Shown here: in pieces, positions 63,818-64,000 of the stretch | Layout: every line of letters starts with the position of its first letter | Numbering within the stretch: the stretch's first letter is position 1 | Sequence record: PZ495249.1 | Length of the DNA stretch: 64,000 nucleotides | Reading direction: 5' to 3' (one strand) | DNA from: a phage | The notes under the pieces: model-generated | Seen by the model: only the letters and a program-made list of their open reading frames with translations | The model's database searches: none | What the model was told of the DNA's origin: nothing | Translations under genes and position numbers: made by a program

Positions 63818-63993
63818 TGGCTGATTTCAGCTCGACAAAACGGAATGCTTCTCTTGAGGATTGGGGAGAAGCTCTTGAGTGTATGGTTGAACTTAACGGT
63901 AAATCGTTCGACATTACAGAAATGGAGATCGAGGCAGCTTATGAAGCATATAAGCGTGTAGACGATTTCTATTATGAAGAATGGGAGGACTGA
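63817..63993 (+). CDS. hypothetical small acidic protein
   Basis: 58 codons with ATGA overlaps at both ends. Confidence 0.35.
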   Translation: MADFSSTKRNASLEDWGEALECMVELNGKSFDITEMEIEAAYEAYKRVDDFYYEEWED

Positions 63994-64000
63994 TGAGTAC

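Noticed and set aside
1-64000. Integrase, excisionase, repressor or attachment-site signatures
   Set aside because: No tyrosine or serine recombinase motifs or CI-like repressor were recognised; the window gives no evidence for a temperate lifestyle.

Overview
This 64 kb window reads as part of a tailed dsDNA phage with a contractile tail (myovirus-like); all calls rest on motifs read by eye from the sequence and ORF track, with no database search or folding run. It has three blocks. (1) 1..15.9 kb, plus strand: an early/replication module with a Ter-like stress cluster (TelA-like, TerD/vWA fusion, TerD), a signal-peptide SleB-like hydrolase, three glycosyltransferase-like genes, a T7 gp4-like primase-helicase, a family A DNA polymerase, a pol-beta-type nucleotidyltransferase and an SSB ending in DDDIPF. 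(2) 15.9..49.6 kb, minus strand: a complete-looking structural/packaging module (tail fibres and tailspike, baseplate, tape measure, chaperone with a -1 frameshift site, tube, sheath, lambda gpE-like capsid, portal, large terminase interrupted by a candidate mini-intein, overlapping spanins). (3) 50.3..55.9 kb, minus strand: an array of about 19 canonical tRNAs plus several aberrant tRNA-like elements, followed by an NAD+ salvage pair (nadV, prs) and small plus-strand early genes. The most unusual signals are the Ter-like cluster, the terminase intein, and two tRNAs with unexpected anticodon loops (a possible CUA amber suppressor and a long-variable-arm tRNA with a UUC anticodon). tRNA coordinates are hand-derived and may be off by a few bases.
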